Under the pieces are notes generated by a model. That model did no database searches, was not told where the DNA came from, and saw only the letters and a program-made list of their open reading frames with translations. Below, piece after piece: positions 1 to 12,839 of a DNA stretch of 64,000 nucleotides (position 1 is its first letter; every line of letters starts with the position of its first letter). Both the position numbers and the translations under genes were made by a program. The stretch is from an uncultured Actinomycetes bacterium (GTDB lineage: Bacteria; Actinomycetota; Coriobacteriia; Anaerosomatales; PHET01): assembly GCA_963770765.1 (NCBI GenBank), contig CAVYQS010000014.1, forward strand, positions 5,453 to 69,452. The letters are read 5' to 3'.

Positions 1-1
1 A

Positions 2-1849
2 GGCGCCGAGGTCGATTTCGTGCTGTGCGATGCGGACGGCGAGCCCACGCCCGAGACGATGACCGTCTTCACGACGCGTCCGGACACCCTGTTCGGATGC
101 ACATTCTTCCTTCTGGCTCCGGAGCACCCCAAGGTTCGCGCGTTCGTGGCCGGCACGGAGTATGAGGCCGACGTGATGGCGGTCGTGGCCGCGGCGTCAC
201 GCGAGACGGCGGTGGAACGGCAGCTCGGCGAGCGCGACAAGCACGGGGCGTTCACGGGCCGCTTCGTCGTCAACCCGGTCAACGGCGAGAAGCTGCCGAT
301 CTGGGTCAGCGACTACGTGCTCATGGACTACGGCACCGGCGCCGTGATGGCCGTGCCCAGCGGTGATCAGCGCGATTTCGAGTTCGCGCGCAAGTATGGT
401 CTGCCGATCCCGCCCGTGGTTGTCGCCGACGACGACCCGCTCTTGGCGGAACTCGCCGGCGTGAAGACCCGCGTGGTGAGTGACGTGCCGTGGGAGGAGG
501 CGTACGCGGGCAGCGGGACCATGGTGCAGTCCGGCGAGTTCACCGGGCTCTCCACGGGCAAGGGCGGCGAGGGCGTACGCGCGGTGACCGCATGGCTGGA
601 GCGAGAGGGCCGGGGCAAGGAGTCGGTCAACTTCCGCTTGCGCGACTGGCTCATCTCCCGCCAGCGCTACTGGGGAAATCCGATTCCGGCGATACACTGC
701 CCGTCATGTGGACTGGTTCCCGTTCCTGAGGAGCAGCTCCCGGTCGTCTTGCCGATGGACATCGACGTGACGAAGGGCGAGACCCTCGCCGATCACCCCG
801 AGTTCTATGAGACCACCTGTCCGACGTGCGGGGGTCCGGCCAAGCGCGAGACGGATACGATGGACACGTTCACGTGCTCGAGCTGGTACTACCTTCGCTA
901 CACCGACGCACGCAACGACGACGGGCCGTTCGCGCGGGACAACGCCGACTACTGGATGCCCGTCGATCAGTACATCGGTGGCATCGAGCACGCCATCCTC
1001 CATCTCCTGTACTCGCGCTTCTTCACCAAGGTGCTGCGCGACGTCGGACTCCTCGGCTTCGACGAGCCCTTCACGAACCTGTTGACGCAGGGGATGGTCA
1101 AGAAGGACGGCGAGACGATGTCGAAGTCGCGAGGCAACGTCGTCGCTCCCGAGGAGATGATCGCGAAGTACGGCGCGGACACCCTACGCGCCTACATCCT
1201 GTTCATGGCGCCTCCCGACAAGGACCTCGAGTGGTCCTATGAGGGCGTCGACGGCATGTACCGCTGGCTGAGCAGGGTCTGGCGTCTCGTGACCGAAAGC
1301 ATCGACGAAGCGCGCGCCGGGTCCGGCGTCGCGGCTGCGGGAGATGTGGCGGCCAAGGCGCTCCACCGCGAGATGCACCGAGTGACGGGCAAGGTGACCG
1401 ATGACGTCGAGCGGTTCCAGTTCAACACCGCGATAGCCGCGATGATGGAACTCACCAACGCGGCGTACGACTACCGCAAGGTCGTGGCCGAGGGTCAGAG
1501 GGACCGTGCGCTGCTCACCGAGGTCTCGGAACGGCTGACGCTGCTCTTGGCCCCCATCGCGCCGCATATGTGCGAGGAGCTCTGGACGGCGGTGCTGATG
1601 CAGCCGGGCTCGGTCCACCGCGCATCGTGGCCGGTGTTCGACGCGTCGGCGGCGCTGGCCGATGAGGTCGAACTCGCCGTCCAGGTCAACGGAAAGGTGC
1701 GCGGCAAGGTCGTCGTGGCCTCCGACGCCGATCAAGACGACGTGATCGCGGACGCTCTTGCAGAGGTCGCCGGTTGGACCGAGGGCAGGGAGATCAAGAA
1801 GGTCGTCGTCGTCGCCGGCAAGCTCGTGAGCGTGGTCGTCGCGGGTTAG
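2..1849 (+). CDS. leuS: Leucyl-tRNA synthetase, C-terminal ~616 aa (5' end lies outside the window)
   Basis: The ORF is open to the window edge. It has the class I KMSKS loop (GETMSKSRGN), Zn-type cysteine pairs (CPSCG...CPTCG) and a typical LeuRS C-terminal tail. Confidence 0.95.
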   Translation, partial: GAEVDFVLCDADGEPTPETMTVFTTRPDTLFGCTFFLLAPEHPKVRAFVAGTEYEADVMAVVAAASRETAVERQLGERDKHGAFTGRFVVNPVNGEKLPIWVSDYVLMDYGTGAVMAVPSGDQRDFEFARKYGLPIPPVVVADDDPLLAELAGVKTRVVSDVPWEEAYAGSGTMVQSGEFTGLSTGKGGEGVRAVTAWLEREGRGKESVNFRLRDWLISRQRYWGNPIPAIHCPSCGLVPVPEEQLPVVLPMDIDVTKGETLADHPEFYETTCPTCGGPAKRETDTMDTFTCSSWYYLRYTDARNDDGPFARDNADYWMPVDQYIGGIEHAILHLLYSRFFTKVLRDVGLLGFDEPFTNLLTQGMVKKDGETMSKSRGNVVAPEEMIAKYGADTLRAYILFMAPPDKDLEWSYEGVDGMYRWLSRVWRLVTESIDEARAGSGVAAAGDVAAKALHREMHRVTGKVTDDVERFQFNTAIAAMMELTNAAYDYRKVVAEGQRDRALLTEVSERLTLLLAPIAPHMCEELWTAVLMQPGSVHRASWPVFDASAALADEVELAVQVNGKVRGKVVVASDADQDDVIADALAEVAGWTEGREIKKVVVVAGKLVSVVVAG

Positions 1850-1946
1850 GCGACGGCAAGGCATGTGTCGGATCCGGGTAAGAGGCCCGTGCCATGATGT
1901 GTTCGCGGGTCGAGTGAAGGCGGCCCGCACATACCGTAATCACTTG

Positions 1947-1985
1947 ACGGCGCCCCCTCTCGTCGTACGTGCGAGGGGGCGCCGT
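1947..1985 (+). terminator. 13-bp GC-rich hairpin (ACGGCGCCCCCTC - 13 nt loop - GAGGGGGCGCCGT) between leuS and comEA
   Basis: The inverted repeat was read directly. There is no U-tract, and it ends 5 nt before the comEA ATG, so it could be a terminator or attenuator or an mRNA-stabilising or processing structure. Confidence 0.4.
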
Positions 1986-1990
1986 TCGCG

Positions 1991-2734
1991 ATGTGGGAGC
2001 GAATCGAACCGCGACTCAGTGAGCTGGGTCGCAGAGCGGGGATGCGGGACGTGCCACCGGTCGCGATCGCGACGGCGATTCTTCTGGGGGCGGTCGCCGT
2101 GGGATGGGCCGCGTGGAGATGGTGGCCCGCCGACACGCGGTCCGCAGAGCGTTCTGCGCCGTCCTCGGTCGAGTTCGCTGAGGCTGCGACCGGTGAGGAT
2201 GCTCCATCCGACGTCGAGCCTCAGCCGCCCGGGCCCGACAAGATGTCGCCCACGCCTCCGCAGGAGACAACGGGGCTCACCGTACACGTCGCAGGCAACG
2301 TGCGCCGACCCGGAGTGTACGAGCTCCCGGCAGGGTCGCGGGTGATCGACGGCGTTGACGCCGCGGGCGGTCTGATCGGAGACGCAGCCCCTGAGGCCCT
2401 GAACCTGGCGCGCCCCCTTTCCGACGGAGAGCAGGTATTCGTTCCGAGCAGAGAGGACGCGGATCGGGGCCGAACACAGCCGGCCGGAGCTGCCGGTGGG
2501 CAACCCGGGGGGACGAGCGGGCCTTCGAGCGGGTCGGTTTCATACGTGAACGTCAACTCGGCCGATTCCGCCGCGCTCGAGACGCTGCCGGGAGTCGGAC
2601 CCGCGACAGCCCAGAAGATCATCGCCGACCGCGAGGCCAATGGCCCGTTCGACTCGGTGGAGGATCTGGGCCGCGTCTCAGGCATCGGGCCCAAGCGTAT
2701 CGAGCAACTCAAGGAGCTCGTCGTTGTCCGATGA
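1991..2734 (+). CDS. comEA: Competence protein ComEA (membrane-anchored DNA receptor)
   Basis: It has an N-terminal TM helix, an SLBB-like segment (LTVHVAGNVRRPGVYELPAGSRVIDGV) and C-terminal tandem helix-hairpin-helix motifs (LETLPGVGPATAQKII...GRVSGIGPKRIEQL). Confidence 0.9.
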   Translation: MWERIEPRLSELGRRAGMRDVPPVAIATAILLGAVAVGWAAWRWWPADTRSAERSAPSSVEFAEAATGEDAPSDVEPQPPGPDKMSPTPPQETTGLTVHVAGNVRRPGVYELPAGSRVIDGVDAAGGLIGDAAPEALNLARPLSDGEQVFVPSREDADRGRTQPAGAAGGQPGGTSGPSSGSVSYVNVNSADSAALETLPGVGPATAQKIIADREANGPFDSVEDLGRVSGIGPKRIEQLKELVVVR

Positions 2735-2744
2735 GCTCAGGCCG

Positions 2745-5231
2745 GTGCCAAGGCCCTCGCTGCCGCCCGCCCTCTGGTCGGTGACAGGAGTCTGGTGCGG
2801 CGTCGTCATCGCCGAGCTCAGCGTATGGGCCGGTGGACCCTCGGTCGCCCTGTGGGCGATCGCATGTCTCGGATGTGCGCTTGCGCTGGCGTTTCGGCGC
2901 GTCCCCTGGTTAGCGTTGATGGTCCTTGGCCTGTGCGTTGGCCTGTCGACGGGGTCCTTGTACTGGAAATGGCTCACCGTGCGCACGGAGCGCCTTGGGG
3001 AGGGCCTTGCCGGTCGCTACACGGCGACGGCGTTGACCGACCCGACCAGGGGTTCGTTCGGGGATCGCTCGCTGGTGCGTCTGGACGGTAACGGCGGTGA
3101 CCGTATCGAGGTGTCGTGGCCCCGCGGCAGCTCCCCGGAGTCGGGGGAGCGCGTGGAGTTCTTCGGCGCCCTGAAGACCGGCGGCGATGACGAGTGGGCC
3201 AGGCGCAGGCACCAGGCCGGCGTTGCAGCGACGGTGAAGGCCCGGGTCGTACGCAGGCGGGGATGGTCTCGGGGTCTTCGAGGGGTGGTAGGTCCGTGGC
3301 GCCAGAAGAGGGATCGCGGCGCTGGACGCAGTATCGGGACCCGGCGGCGACCTCGCCGCGGGCGTGATCCTGGGGGATCGTCGTCGTCTCACGGGCACAC
3401 AAGCAGACACCGATTTCCGCACGACGGGACTCACTCATCTTGTCGCGGTGAGCGGCAGTCATCTCGTGGTCGTCGCAGCGCTTGTCGTGTGGGCGCTGCG
3501 TTCGATCCGTCTCTCTCGGCGGCTGACGGTGGCTTGCACGGTAGCCGTGATCGGGCTGTACGTGGTCGCAACGGGTGTTCAACCCTCCGCGGTTCGGGCC
3601 TGGAGCATGGCCGCGGTAGCGAGCACCGCAGGTCTGAGCGGGCGCAGGTCCGACGCGAGCGCGGGGCTCGCGCTTGCAGCAGGTGTTGCTCTCGTCACGC
3701 ACCCGCCCGTCGCATTCGATCTGGGGTTTCGGCTCTCAGTCGCTGCGGTCGCAGGCTTGGTACTGTTCGCGCGGTTGGCCGAGTCATGGGCGGCTGCCGC
3801 GTTGCCCGGGGTCGCGCGCCCCGTCGCCGGACCGGTGGCGCTCACGCTTACGGCGCAAGCAGCAACCCTCCCACTCACCGTGGGGACGTTCGGCGTGGTG
3901 TCGGTCATATCACCGCTGGCGAACCTCTTCGCAGGGCCGCTGGTCTCCTTCGTGCTCGTGGTCGGTCTGACCGGGATACTGGTCGAGCCGGTATGGCCGT
4001 GGGCCGCCGGGCTTCTGCTCCGCCTTGCCTGCGCAGCCGGCGGCGCGGTGGCCTCGATCGCGGGATGGTTCTCTCGGGTACCGGGTGCGTCTGTTCCCGT
4101 GTCGATCCCCGGCGTCGTCGCAGCTACTACCACCCTCGTGGCGGGAGTCTGGACGTGGGCCGCCTGGCCCAGGGCCCACACGTATGCCGCGCGGATCGGG
4201 ACAGCGTGCTTGTGCCTGGCGGTCATCGCCCTGGTGGCCGGTCCGCCACCGCCGCGGGGGGCCAGCGTCACGGTGGCCGACGTCGGGCAGGGCGACGCGA
4301 TCATCGTCCGCGACGGTGAACATACCGTGCTGGTGGACGCAGCACCGGATGCCGACTCCCTCCGAGACGCTCTCCGGCGCCAGGGAGTGCGCCGAATCGA
4401 ACGGCTCGTGGTCACTCACCTGCACGACGACCATCTGGCAGGAGCGAAGGCGCTCGCAGGCGTAGTGCCGGTGGGGGAGGTGCGTCGTCGCGAGAGGTGC
4501 AGGGGAGAGGCTGCCCGACCGCGTTGATCCGCCTTCGTGCACCGGTTCGCGAGGTGCTCGCAAGCGACACTTTCAGATGCGGGCGTGTCGATGTGACGGT
4601 GCTGTCTCCGTCCGCTCCGCCCGAGGACGCGGCCGAGAACGACGCGAGTCTCGTTCTGCTCGTGAGCTCACCGGGGGCGAAGATCCTTCTCACAGGCGAT
4701 GCCGAGTCGTCCGTTCTCGAATCGCTGTGCCGCGGGGGCGTGCTGTCGGATGTCGACGTTCTCAAGGTCGGACACCACGGCAGTGCGGAGGCGCTCTCTT
4801 CTGCCGTGCTCGAGGTGATTCGGCCGGAGCTGGCGCTCATCAGCGTGGGTGAGGCGAACAGGTATGGTCATCCCGATGAGGACACGGTGAGCCTCCTGGT
4901 GTCCTCAGGGGCATCGGTGAGACGTACCGATGAGGAGGGTGACCTCACCGTCCGGCTCGGCACCGAGGAATCCCCGATATCCGGTGACCTGCCTGCGCGG
5001 ACTGCACAGAGCTATGCGACACTGGACGCGGAGGTTCAGCACACCCGAGACGACCCACACCGAGGAGAACATGAGCGCCGGCACCACGGATCTCAAACCC
5101 GTCTATCTCATCTTGAGCGAGCAGGAGTTCTTGCTGCAGCAAGCCGTGGACCGCCTGAGGTCTCGCGTTGCCGAAGTGGCCGACCTGGACTTCAACATGG
5201 AGACATTCGACGGCGAGACCGCGTCGGGTGA
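2745..5231 (+). pseudogene. comEC: ComEC/Rec2 DNA-uptake channel, interrupted by two frame breaks (true pseudogene or sequence error)
   Basis: Three collinear pieces lie in frames 0/1/0. The first is the N-terminal TM region of ORF 2640..4319, meaningful only to ~3300. The second is 3364..4527, with the competence-domain motif TGLTHLVAVSGSHL and the MBL start VADVGQGDAIIV...THLHDDHLAG. The third is 4497..5231, with KVGHHGS and GHPDEDT. The breaks lie near 3300-3320 and 4465-4540. The start is GTG 2745 (or TTG 2724). The 3' end is uncertain because the frame stays open ~160 nt into holA. Confidence 0.8.
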
Positions 5232-6042
5232 TGCGGTCGCTGCCGCATGCAACACCCTGCCGTTCGCATCCGATCACCGGCTCGTTGTCGTTCGGAACAT
5301 CGAGAAGCTCTCCAAGGATGCGGCCGAGACGCTCGCGGCCTATGCCGCCGACCCCGCTCCGACGTGCGTGTTGACCCTGGTCGGAACCAAGCTCGCCAAG
5401 AACACGCGACTGTTCAAAGCCGTGGACCGGCTCGGGGGTGTCATCGAGCGTAAGACGCCTCGAGGTGCGGAGTTCATCAGGGGAGTGATCTCGCTCAGCG
5501 CCGACCGGGACAAACAGATGGCACCGGATGTGGCGGAGGCCTTCGTCACGGCGACCGGCGAGGATCTCAGGAAGGTATCGGCTGAGCTCGACAAGCTGGT
5601 GGCGTTCGTCGGGGAGAGGTCGCAGATAACACGCTCCGACGTCGAGACCGTGGTTGCGAACACCGCGAAGACCAAGATATGGGAGTTCACCGAGGCGCTG
5701 GCGGACCGAGACTGCCGGCGCTCCTTGGTGCTGGCCTCGAACCTCGTCGGTGATGGCGAGTCGGTGTTCGGTCTCCACGCGATGGCGCTGCGCACCGTTC
5801 GTGACCTGATCGCGGCGCGTTCGCTGCTCGATCGGGGAAGCGCGTCGCCCGTTGAGCTGAGCCGTCTCCTCGGAAGGCCCGACTGGCAGCTCAAGCGGCT
5901 CCCGCGCCAGGCCAAGGCGTTCGACTCGGGTGAGCTGGTCGACCTGCTGCGTGCGGCGGCAGCGGGTGAGGAGGAAATGAAAACGAGCCGGGATGCCCGG
6001 CTCGTCCTCGAACGATGGATCGTGAAGGTCTGCGGCGTCTAG
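5071..6042 (+). CDS. holA: DNA polymerase III delta subunit
   Basis: ATG 5071 is preceded by GAGGAG. The N-terminus ([15 protein letters not shown]) and the length are delta-like, and the position between comEC and rpsT is conserved. Confidence 0.85.
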   Translation: MSAGTTDLKPVYLILSEQEFLLQQAVDRLRSRVAEVADLDFNMETFDGETASGDAVAAACNTLPFASDHRLVVVRNIEKLSKDAAETLAAYAADPAPTCVLTLVGTKLAKNTRLFKAVDRLGGVIERKTPRGAEFIRGVISLSADRDKQMAPDVAEAFVTATGEDLRKVSAELDKLVAFVGERSQITRSDVETVVANTAKTKIWEFTEALADRDCRRSLVLASNLVGDGESVFGLHAMALRTVRDLIAARSLLDRGSASPVELSRLLGRPDWQLKRLPRQAKAFDSGELVDLLRAAAAGEEEMKTSRDARLVLERWIVKVCGV

Positions 6043-6302
6043 TCGACGCTGTTCGCGGCCTTCATGATGCCCGACTTGCGGTTGGCGGCCTGACTCTTGT
6101 GGATGACGCCCTTGCTGGCTGCCTTGTCGAGCAGGGTCGACGCCTCGAGAGCGGCGGCCTTGGCGGCCGCGCCATCGCCGGCTTCGATCGCGAGATGGAC
6201 CTTCTTGATGGCGGTCTTCAGCTCGGACCGGTAGGCCCGATTACGCTGGTGCGCCTTCTCGTTGGTCAGTACGCGCTTCTTCTGGCTCTTGATGTTTGCC
6301 AC
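6039..6302 (-). CDS. rpsT: 30S ribosomal protein S20
   Basis: The product reads [30 protein letters not shown]. It has a GTG start with a GGAAGGAAA RBS. Its stop overlaps the holA stop in the sequence CTAG. Confidence 0.95.
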   Translation of the reverse strand: MANIKSQKKRVLTNEKAHQRNRAYRSELKTAIKKVHLAIEAGDGAAAKAAALEASTLLDKAASKGVIHKSQAANRKSGIMKAANSVD

Positions 6303-6477
6303 TGTGGCTGTTTCCTTCCGTAAACCGTACGGCGCCCGTCGCTGTGGGGTGTGACGAACCGTGAGAGTCTAGCACACGGCGCCGAGCGTCGCCAACCGGA
6401 CTCCGAGTGGTCACAGAGGGCGTGCCGGCTCATGCCGTCCTTTCGTGGTGCACCATCGCTTGGTACACTATGCCGCT

Positions 6478-8283
<1,806 letters not shown>

Positions 8284-8305
8284 CACGCGAGGGGTTGTCT
8301 GTCCG

Positions 8306-9316
8306 ATGAACCCGGTAGCGGCGCTGCTGGAGGCCAACAACGTGGTGCTCGGCCCGATGGCCGGCGTCACCGAGGCACCGTTTCGCGCTCTGTGCAAGCG
8401 CATGGGAGCCGGCCTGACCTTCACCGAGATGATCAGTGCGCGGGGCCTTCACCACACACCCGACTCGCCCGCGTCCAGAGCGCTGTTGACGTTCGCGCCC
8501 GAGGAGATCCCGTGCGCCGTGCAGATCTTCGGCGCAGAGCCCGGCATCATGGCCGCTCAGGCTGCCCGGATCACAGCCCGTCACGCCGAGAAGGTCGCTC
8601 TCGTCGATATCAACATGGGGTGCCCCGTGTCGAAGGTGGTCGCGAAGGGCGAGGGCAGCGCACTCATGCGCGACCCGCGTCTGGCCGTGCGCATCGTCAC
8701 AGAGGTCATGGACGCTGTCGACGTTCCCGTGACGGTCAAGTTCCGCAGCGGGTGGGACGCCGACGACGTCAATGCGGTGGAGTTCGCACGCGCGATGGAA
8801 GCGGCGGGTGCGTCTGCGATGTCCATTCACGGCCGTACACGTGCTCAACTGTACGGCGGGGTGGCAGACTGGGAAGTGATCGCGCAGGTGAAGGCTGCCG
8901 TCAGTGTGCCGGTGATCGGGAGCGGCGACGTGTTCCGTGCCGACGACGTCGTGGAGATGATCGAGCGGACCGGGGTCGATGCGGTGATGGTGGCGCGTGG
9001 CGCGCGGGGTAACCCGTGGATCTTCCGTGAAGCACGTGCTCTGATCGACACGGGCGAGCGGGTCGCGCCGCCGAGCGCTCACGAGCGGATCGCGATGGCG
9101 CGCGAGCACGCGGCGGCGCTCGTCGAGTTCGGTGGAGAGCGGGCGGTCGCCCGCATGCGCAAGCACGTCGGGTGGTACATGGCGGGGATGCCGGGCGCGA
9201 CGCACGTGCGGGCACGCGCCTACGAATGCTGCACGCACGCCGAGCTCGACGCTCTGCTCGTCGAGTACGGTGAGTACCTTGAGTCCCATACGCCGAGCGG
9301 TGGCGTGCGCGCATGA
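8306..9316 (+). CDS. tRNA-dihydrouridine synthase (DusB-like)
   Basis: It has the TIM-barrel Dus signature (LGPMAGVTEAPFR, DINMGCP, catalytic Cys region) and the C-terminal helical domain. Confidence 0.85.
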   Translation: MNPVAALLEANNVVLGPMAGVTEAPFRALCKRMGAGLTFTEMISARGLHHTPDSPASRALLTFAPEEIPCAVQIFGAEPGIMAAQAARITARHAEKVALVDINMGCPVSKVVAKGEGSALMRDPRLAVRIVTEVMDAVDVPVTVKFRSGWDADDVNAVEFARAMEAAGASAMSIHGRTRAQLYGGVADWEVIAQVKAAVSVPVIGSGDVFRADDVVEMIERTGVDAVMVARGARGNPWIFREARALIDTGERVAPPSAHERIAMAREHAAALVEFGGERAVARMRKHVGWYMAGMPGATHVRARAYECCTHAELDALLVEYGEYLESHTPSGGVRA

Positions 9317-10507
9317 CCGAATGGGCGCACGGGCTTTCGGAGACGACACCCGCTCTGCCGTCGCACCTGTACGTGCACGTTCCGTTCTGCGCCTCGAAGT
9401 GCGACTACTGCGACTTCGCCTCCGTGCCGTGTGCCGATCCGGCGATCGTGCGAGCCGTCTTCGCGGGCATCCGCACTCAGTTGCTCGGGTGGCAGCGCAG
9501 CGGGCTCGACGGCGTGCTCGACACGGTCTACTTCGGCGGCGGGACCCCGTCGCTCTGCAGCGGCGAGGTCAGCGATCTGCTCGTCTTCATCAAGGACACC
9601 TTCGTGGTGCATCCGGTGGCGGAGATCACGGTCGAGGCGAACCCCGACTCGGTCAGTCCCAAGACGGTGCATGGGTTAGCAGCTGCGGGAGTGACGCGGG
9701 TGAGCGTGGGCGTTCAGTCACTTGCCGACAAGGACCTGCGCGTGCTGGGTCGTCGGCACGACAGTGAGGCCGCATTGAGGGCGTGCGACACGGTGTTGGA
9801 CGCAGGTTTGGACCTGAGCGTCGATCTCATGTGTGCGATCCCGGGGCAGTCGCGTTCGTCGTGGGCTGACACGCTTCGCCGTGCCGCGGATGTCGGAGCA
9901 CGGCACGTGGCGGTCTATCCCTTGTCGATCGAGCCTTCGACACCGATGCACGTTGCGGTCGAGTCTGGTCTGCTCGCCGAGCCCGATCCCGATACAGCTG
10001 CGGATCACATGATGCTCGCTGCCGAGTCGCTGGCCTTCCATGGGTTCGAGCGCTACGAGGTGGCGAACTACGCCACCGATGCCGCTCATCGATCCCGGCA
10101 CAACACCGCGTACTGGACCGGCCGCTCCTACATCGGAGTGGGACCGGGCGCTCACGGGATGGTGGACGGGCGGGTGGCCGTCCAAACGGGGCTCGCCGAG
10201 ACGGTAGACTCCGACTGCGCGCGTGCGCTACGGCAACAACGGCGACATCGACGAGTGGCTTGTGGGCAGAGGCGACACGACCGAGGTCCTCTCGGCCTCC
10301 GAGGCGAGACGTGAGGACGCCATGCTCGGACTGCGGCTTGTGAACGGCATCACCGGTGACATGGCCCGTGAAGCGGGCGTCGCCCCGGTGCTGGAATCAC
10401 TGCGCGCGAACGGTCTCGTCGAGACGACGGGAGGGCGGTGGCGTCTTACCGGACGGGGATGGTTGTTGGGCAACGAGGTGTTCGGGAGAGTCTGGGCGGG
10501 AGAGTAG
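9313..10507 (+). pseudogene. hemW: Radical-SAM heme chaperone HemW (HemN-like), with one frame break near 10215
   Basis: It has the CxxxCxxC cluster (CASKCDYCDF). ORF 9313..10314 continues collinearly in ORF 10223..10507 (RYGNNGDIDEWL...LLGNEVF), which is the HemN_C domain. Confidence 0.85.
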
Positions 10508-10553
10508 GGCTCGCCCGAAGACGTCCCAGACGAGTCGGTCCTCGCGGGCATCG

Positions 10554-10580
10554 TTGGCACTCGCTATACTTGAGTGCTAA
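10554..10580 (+). promoter_or_regulatory. CIRCE operator (HrcA binding site)
   Basis: TTGGCACTC-N9-GAGTGCTAA matches the consensus TTAGCACTC-N9-GAGTGCTAA at 17 of 18 positions. It lies 39 nt upstream of the hrcA ATG. Confidence 0.85.
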
Positions 10581-10618
10581 CAGACCGTGCTCACCACGCT
10601 GAGGAGTCCGCCCGCCCT

Positions 10619-11635
10619 ATGCTCAACGATCGTCGCCGACGCGTGCTGCGCGCACTCGTCGAGGAGTACATCTCAAGCGCCACTCCCGTGGGCTCTAAGA
10701 CCCTTGTGTCGCACTATGACCTCGGGTGCAGCCCGGCCACGGTTCGTACAGAGCTCTCGATCCTCGAGGAGACCGGGTACGTGCTGCAGCCGCACGTCTC
10801 GGCGGGCCGGATGCCCACAGACACCGGCTATCGGAGTTTCGTGGACGATCTGCTCGAACGCGGAGGAGCGCAACCCGCCGACGAGATCGATACGGCGGGA
10901 ATGCATCACGCGGCTGAGGTCGACGACCTCATGCGTGAGACGTCGGTGGTGCTCACCCGGCTCACAGACTGCCTGGCGGTCACCGTGGCACCGAGCGTGA
11001 CGACCGCGCGGGTGAAGCGCATCGATCTTCTGTCGATGTCGCCGCGCCGCGCCCTCTTCGTTCTCATCACCGAGTCCGGGCAGGTGGTCAACCGGTCGAT
11101 CGAGTTGGCGGTCGAGACGCAGCCGGAACGACTGTCGCGGATCGAGCAGGCTTTGAACGCCGCGCTGCTGGGCAAGAGGGCTCGCGAGATCAGGCCTCTG
11201 CGTAACGCGCTGACCATCGGCGACACGCGCGATGACTCGTCCGACGGGCTCGTCGCGCGGGTTGTCGACGAGATACTGGACGCTCTTGAGGAGGCCGATC
11301 GTGATCGGTTGTTCCACGTGGGCGTTCCGGCACTGCTCGCGCAGCCGGAGTTCCACGACGCCGAGGTGGCGCGCCCCCTCATCGAGTTCCTGGAGGACGG
11401 ACTGGCGGTGCTCGAGGCGCTCTCCGATGTGCTGAGTCAGCGCGGCGTCGTGATACGGATAGGGCACGAGAACCGCCGTGCGGAGCTCGGCAACGTGAGC
11501 CTCGTGGCCACCAACTACGGTTCCGGTTCCTCCGACGGAGTCGTCGGGGTCATCGGGCCGACACGAATGGACTACAACCGGGCGATCTCGGCGGTCAAGA
11601 CCGTCGCAGACGGCCTTGAGGAAGTCCTGGGCTAG
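10619..11635 (+). CDS. hrcA: Heat-inducible transcription repressor HrcA
   Basis: It has an N-terminal winged helix ([25 protein letters not shown]). ATG 10619 sits behind a GAGGAG RBS. Confidence 0.9.
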   Translation: MLNDRRRRVLRALVEEYISSATPVGSKTLVSHYDLGCSPATVRTELSILEETGYVLQPHVSAGRMPTDTGYRSFVDDLLERGGAQPADEIDTAGMHHAAEVDDLMRETSVVLTRLTDCLAVTVAPSVTTARVKRIDLLSMSPRRALFVLITESGQVVNRSIELAVETQPERLSRIEQALNAALLGKRAREIRPLRNALTIGDTRDDSSDGLVARVVDEILDALEEADRDRLFHVGVPALLAQPEFHDAEVARPLIEFLEDGLAVLEALSDVLSQRGVVIRIGHENRRAELGNVSLVATNYGSGSSDGVVGVIGPTRMDYNRAISAVKTVADGLEEVLG

Positions 11636-11678
11636 AAGCCCGGAACGTCGAACATACGCGCCACAGGAAGGAACCGCC

Positions 11679-12836
11679 TTGCCCGCACGTACCCGTGACT
11701 ACTACGAAACGCTCGGAGTGGAGCGCTCAGCGAGCGCCGACGAGATCAAGAAGGCGTTTCGCCGAAAGGCCCGCGAGCTTCACCCCGACGTCAACAAGGC
11801 GCCGGACGCGGAAGAGCGCTTCAAGGAGGTCAACCAGGCCTACGATGTGCTCTCCGACCCGTCGAAGAAGCAGCAGTACGACACGTACGGCAGCGTCAAC
11901 GGGAGGGCTCCCGGCGGAGCAGGCGCCGGCGGCTACCAGTACGTCGATCTGAACGACCTCTTCGGCGGCGGTGCATCCGGCGGCTTCGACATGGGCGATC
12001 TGTTCAGCGCCTTCTTCGGGGGAGTCCAAGGCGGTGGCCGCGGCGTCCGTCTCGAAGGGCGCGACATGTCGATGACGGTCACGATCACGCTCGAAGAGGC
12101 TGCGCGTGGAGCCGAGAAGGAGATCGTCCTCGACCGTCTCGCGCCGTGTGACGTGTGCGGCGGTTCGGGCGCGGCCGAGGGCTCCTCGGTGGTCACCTGC
12201 CCCGACTGCCACGGCACGGGCCAGAGAGTGCACGTACGACGGACGTTCATCGGGAACATGCAGACGGCGGGCCCGTGCGAGCGGTGTGGCTCGACCGGAC
12301 AGATCGTCGAGCAGCCCTGCGACGAGTGTGCGGGATCGGGGCGCGTGCCCGATCGCCAACACGTGACGGTCACCATCCCCGCCGGCATCAGCGACGGGCA
12401 GCAGATCCGGTTGCGCGGCATGGGAGAGGCGGGCATCCGCGGCGCTGCGGCCGGCGACCTGATCATCGGGGTGCGCATCAAGGAGCACGAGTCGCTCCAT
12501 CGAGAGGGGCAGGACCTGCACTGCAAGTCCACGATCACCATCACGCAGGCGTCGCTCGGTGCCGAGCTCAAGGTCTGCGGGCTCTTGGAGGACAACGAGG
12601 TCCAGGTGCCCGCTGGTACGCAGCACGGAGACACGGTCAGGCTCAAGGGCAGGGGTATGCCGCGCTTGAACGGCGGGTCGCGTGGGGACCTGATCGTGCA
12701 CCTCGGTGTGGAGGTGCCCAAGAAGCTGTCGAAGCGCCAGAAGGAGTTGCTCAAAGAGCTGGCCGATGAGTTCGGCGACGCCACGCGGGCCGAGCGAAGC
12801 GGACTCGAGAAGCTCAAGGACTGGTTGCGGGGCTAG
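11679..12836 (+). CDS. dnaJ: Chaperone DnaJ
   Basis: It has a J-domain with HPD (LHPDVNK), a G/F-rich linker and four CxxCxG zinc motifs ([32 protein letters not shown]). The likely start is TTG 11679 after AGGAAGG. Confidence 0.93.
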   Translation: MPARTRDYYETLGVERSASADEIKKAFRRKARELHPDVNKAPDAEERFKEVNQAYDVLSDPSKKQQYDTYGSVNGRAPGGAGAGGYQYVDLNDLFGGGASGGFDMGDLFSAFFGGVQGGGRGVRLEGRDMSMTVTITLEEAARGAEKEIVLDRLAPCDVCGGSGAAEGSSVVTCPDCHGTGQRVHVRRTFIGNMQTAGPCERCGSTGQIVEQPCDECAGSGRVPDRQHVTVTIPAGISDGQQIRLRGMGEAGIRGAAAGDLIIGVRIKEHESLHREGQDLHCKSTITITQASLGAELKVCGLLEDNEVQVPAGTQHGDTVRLKGRGMPRLNGGSRGDLIVHLGVEVPKKLSKRQKELLKELADEFGDATRAERSGLEKLKDWLRG

Positions 12837-12839
12837 CCG

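Noticed and set aside
6039-6042. Convergent holA and rpsT share overlapping stop codons in the palindrome CTAG.
   Set aside because: The overlap is real but trivial. It reflects compact genome organisation rather than a functional element, and no terminator can fit between the genes.
10565-10570. TATACT hexamer inside the CIRCE spacer as the hrcA -10 box; also a TACACT box 7 nt before the lepA ATG, suggesting a leaderless mRNA.
   Set aside because: No convincing -35 partner sits at the correct spacing in either case. Without transcription-start data these are guesses, so they are not listed as features.
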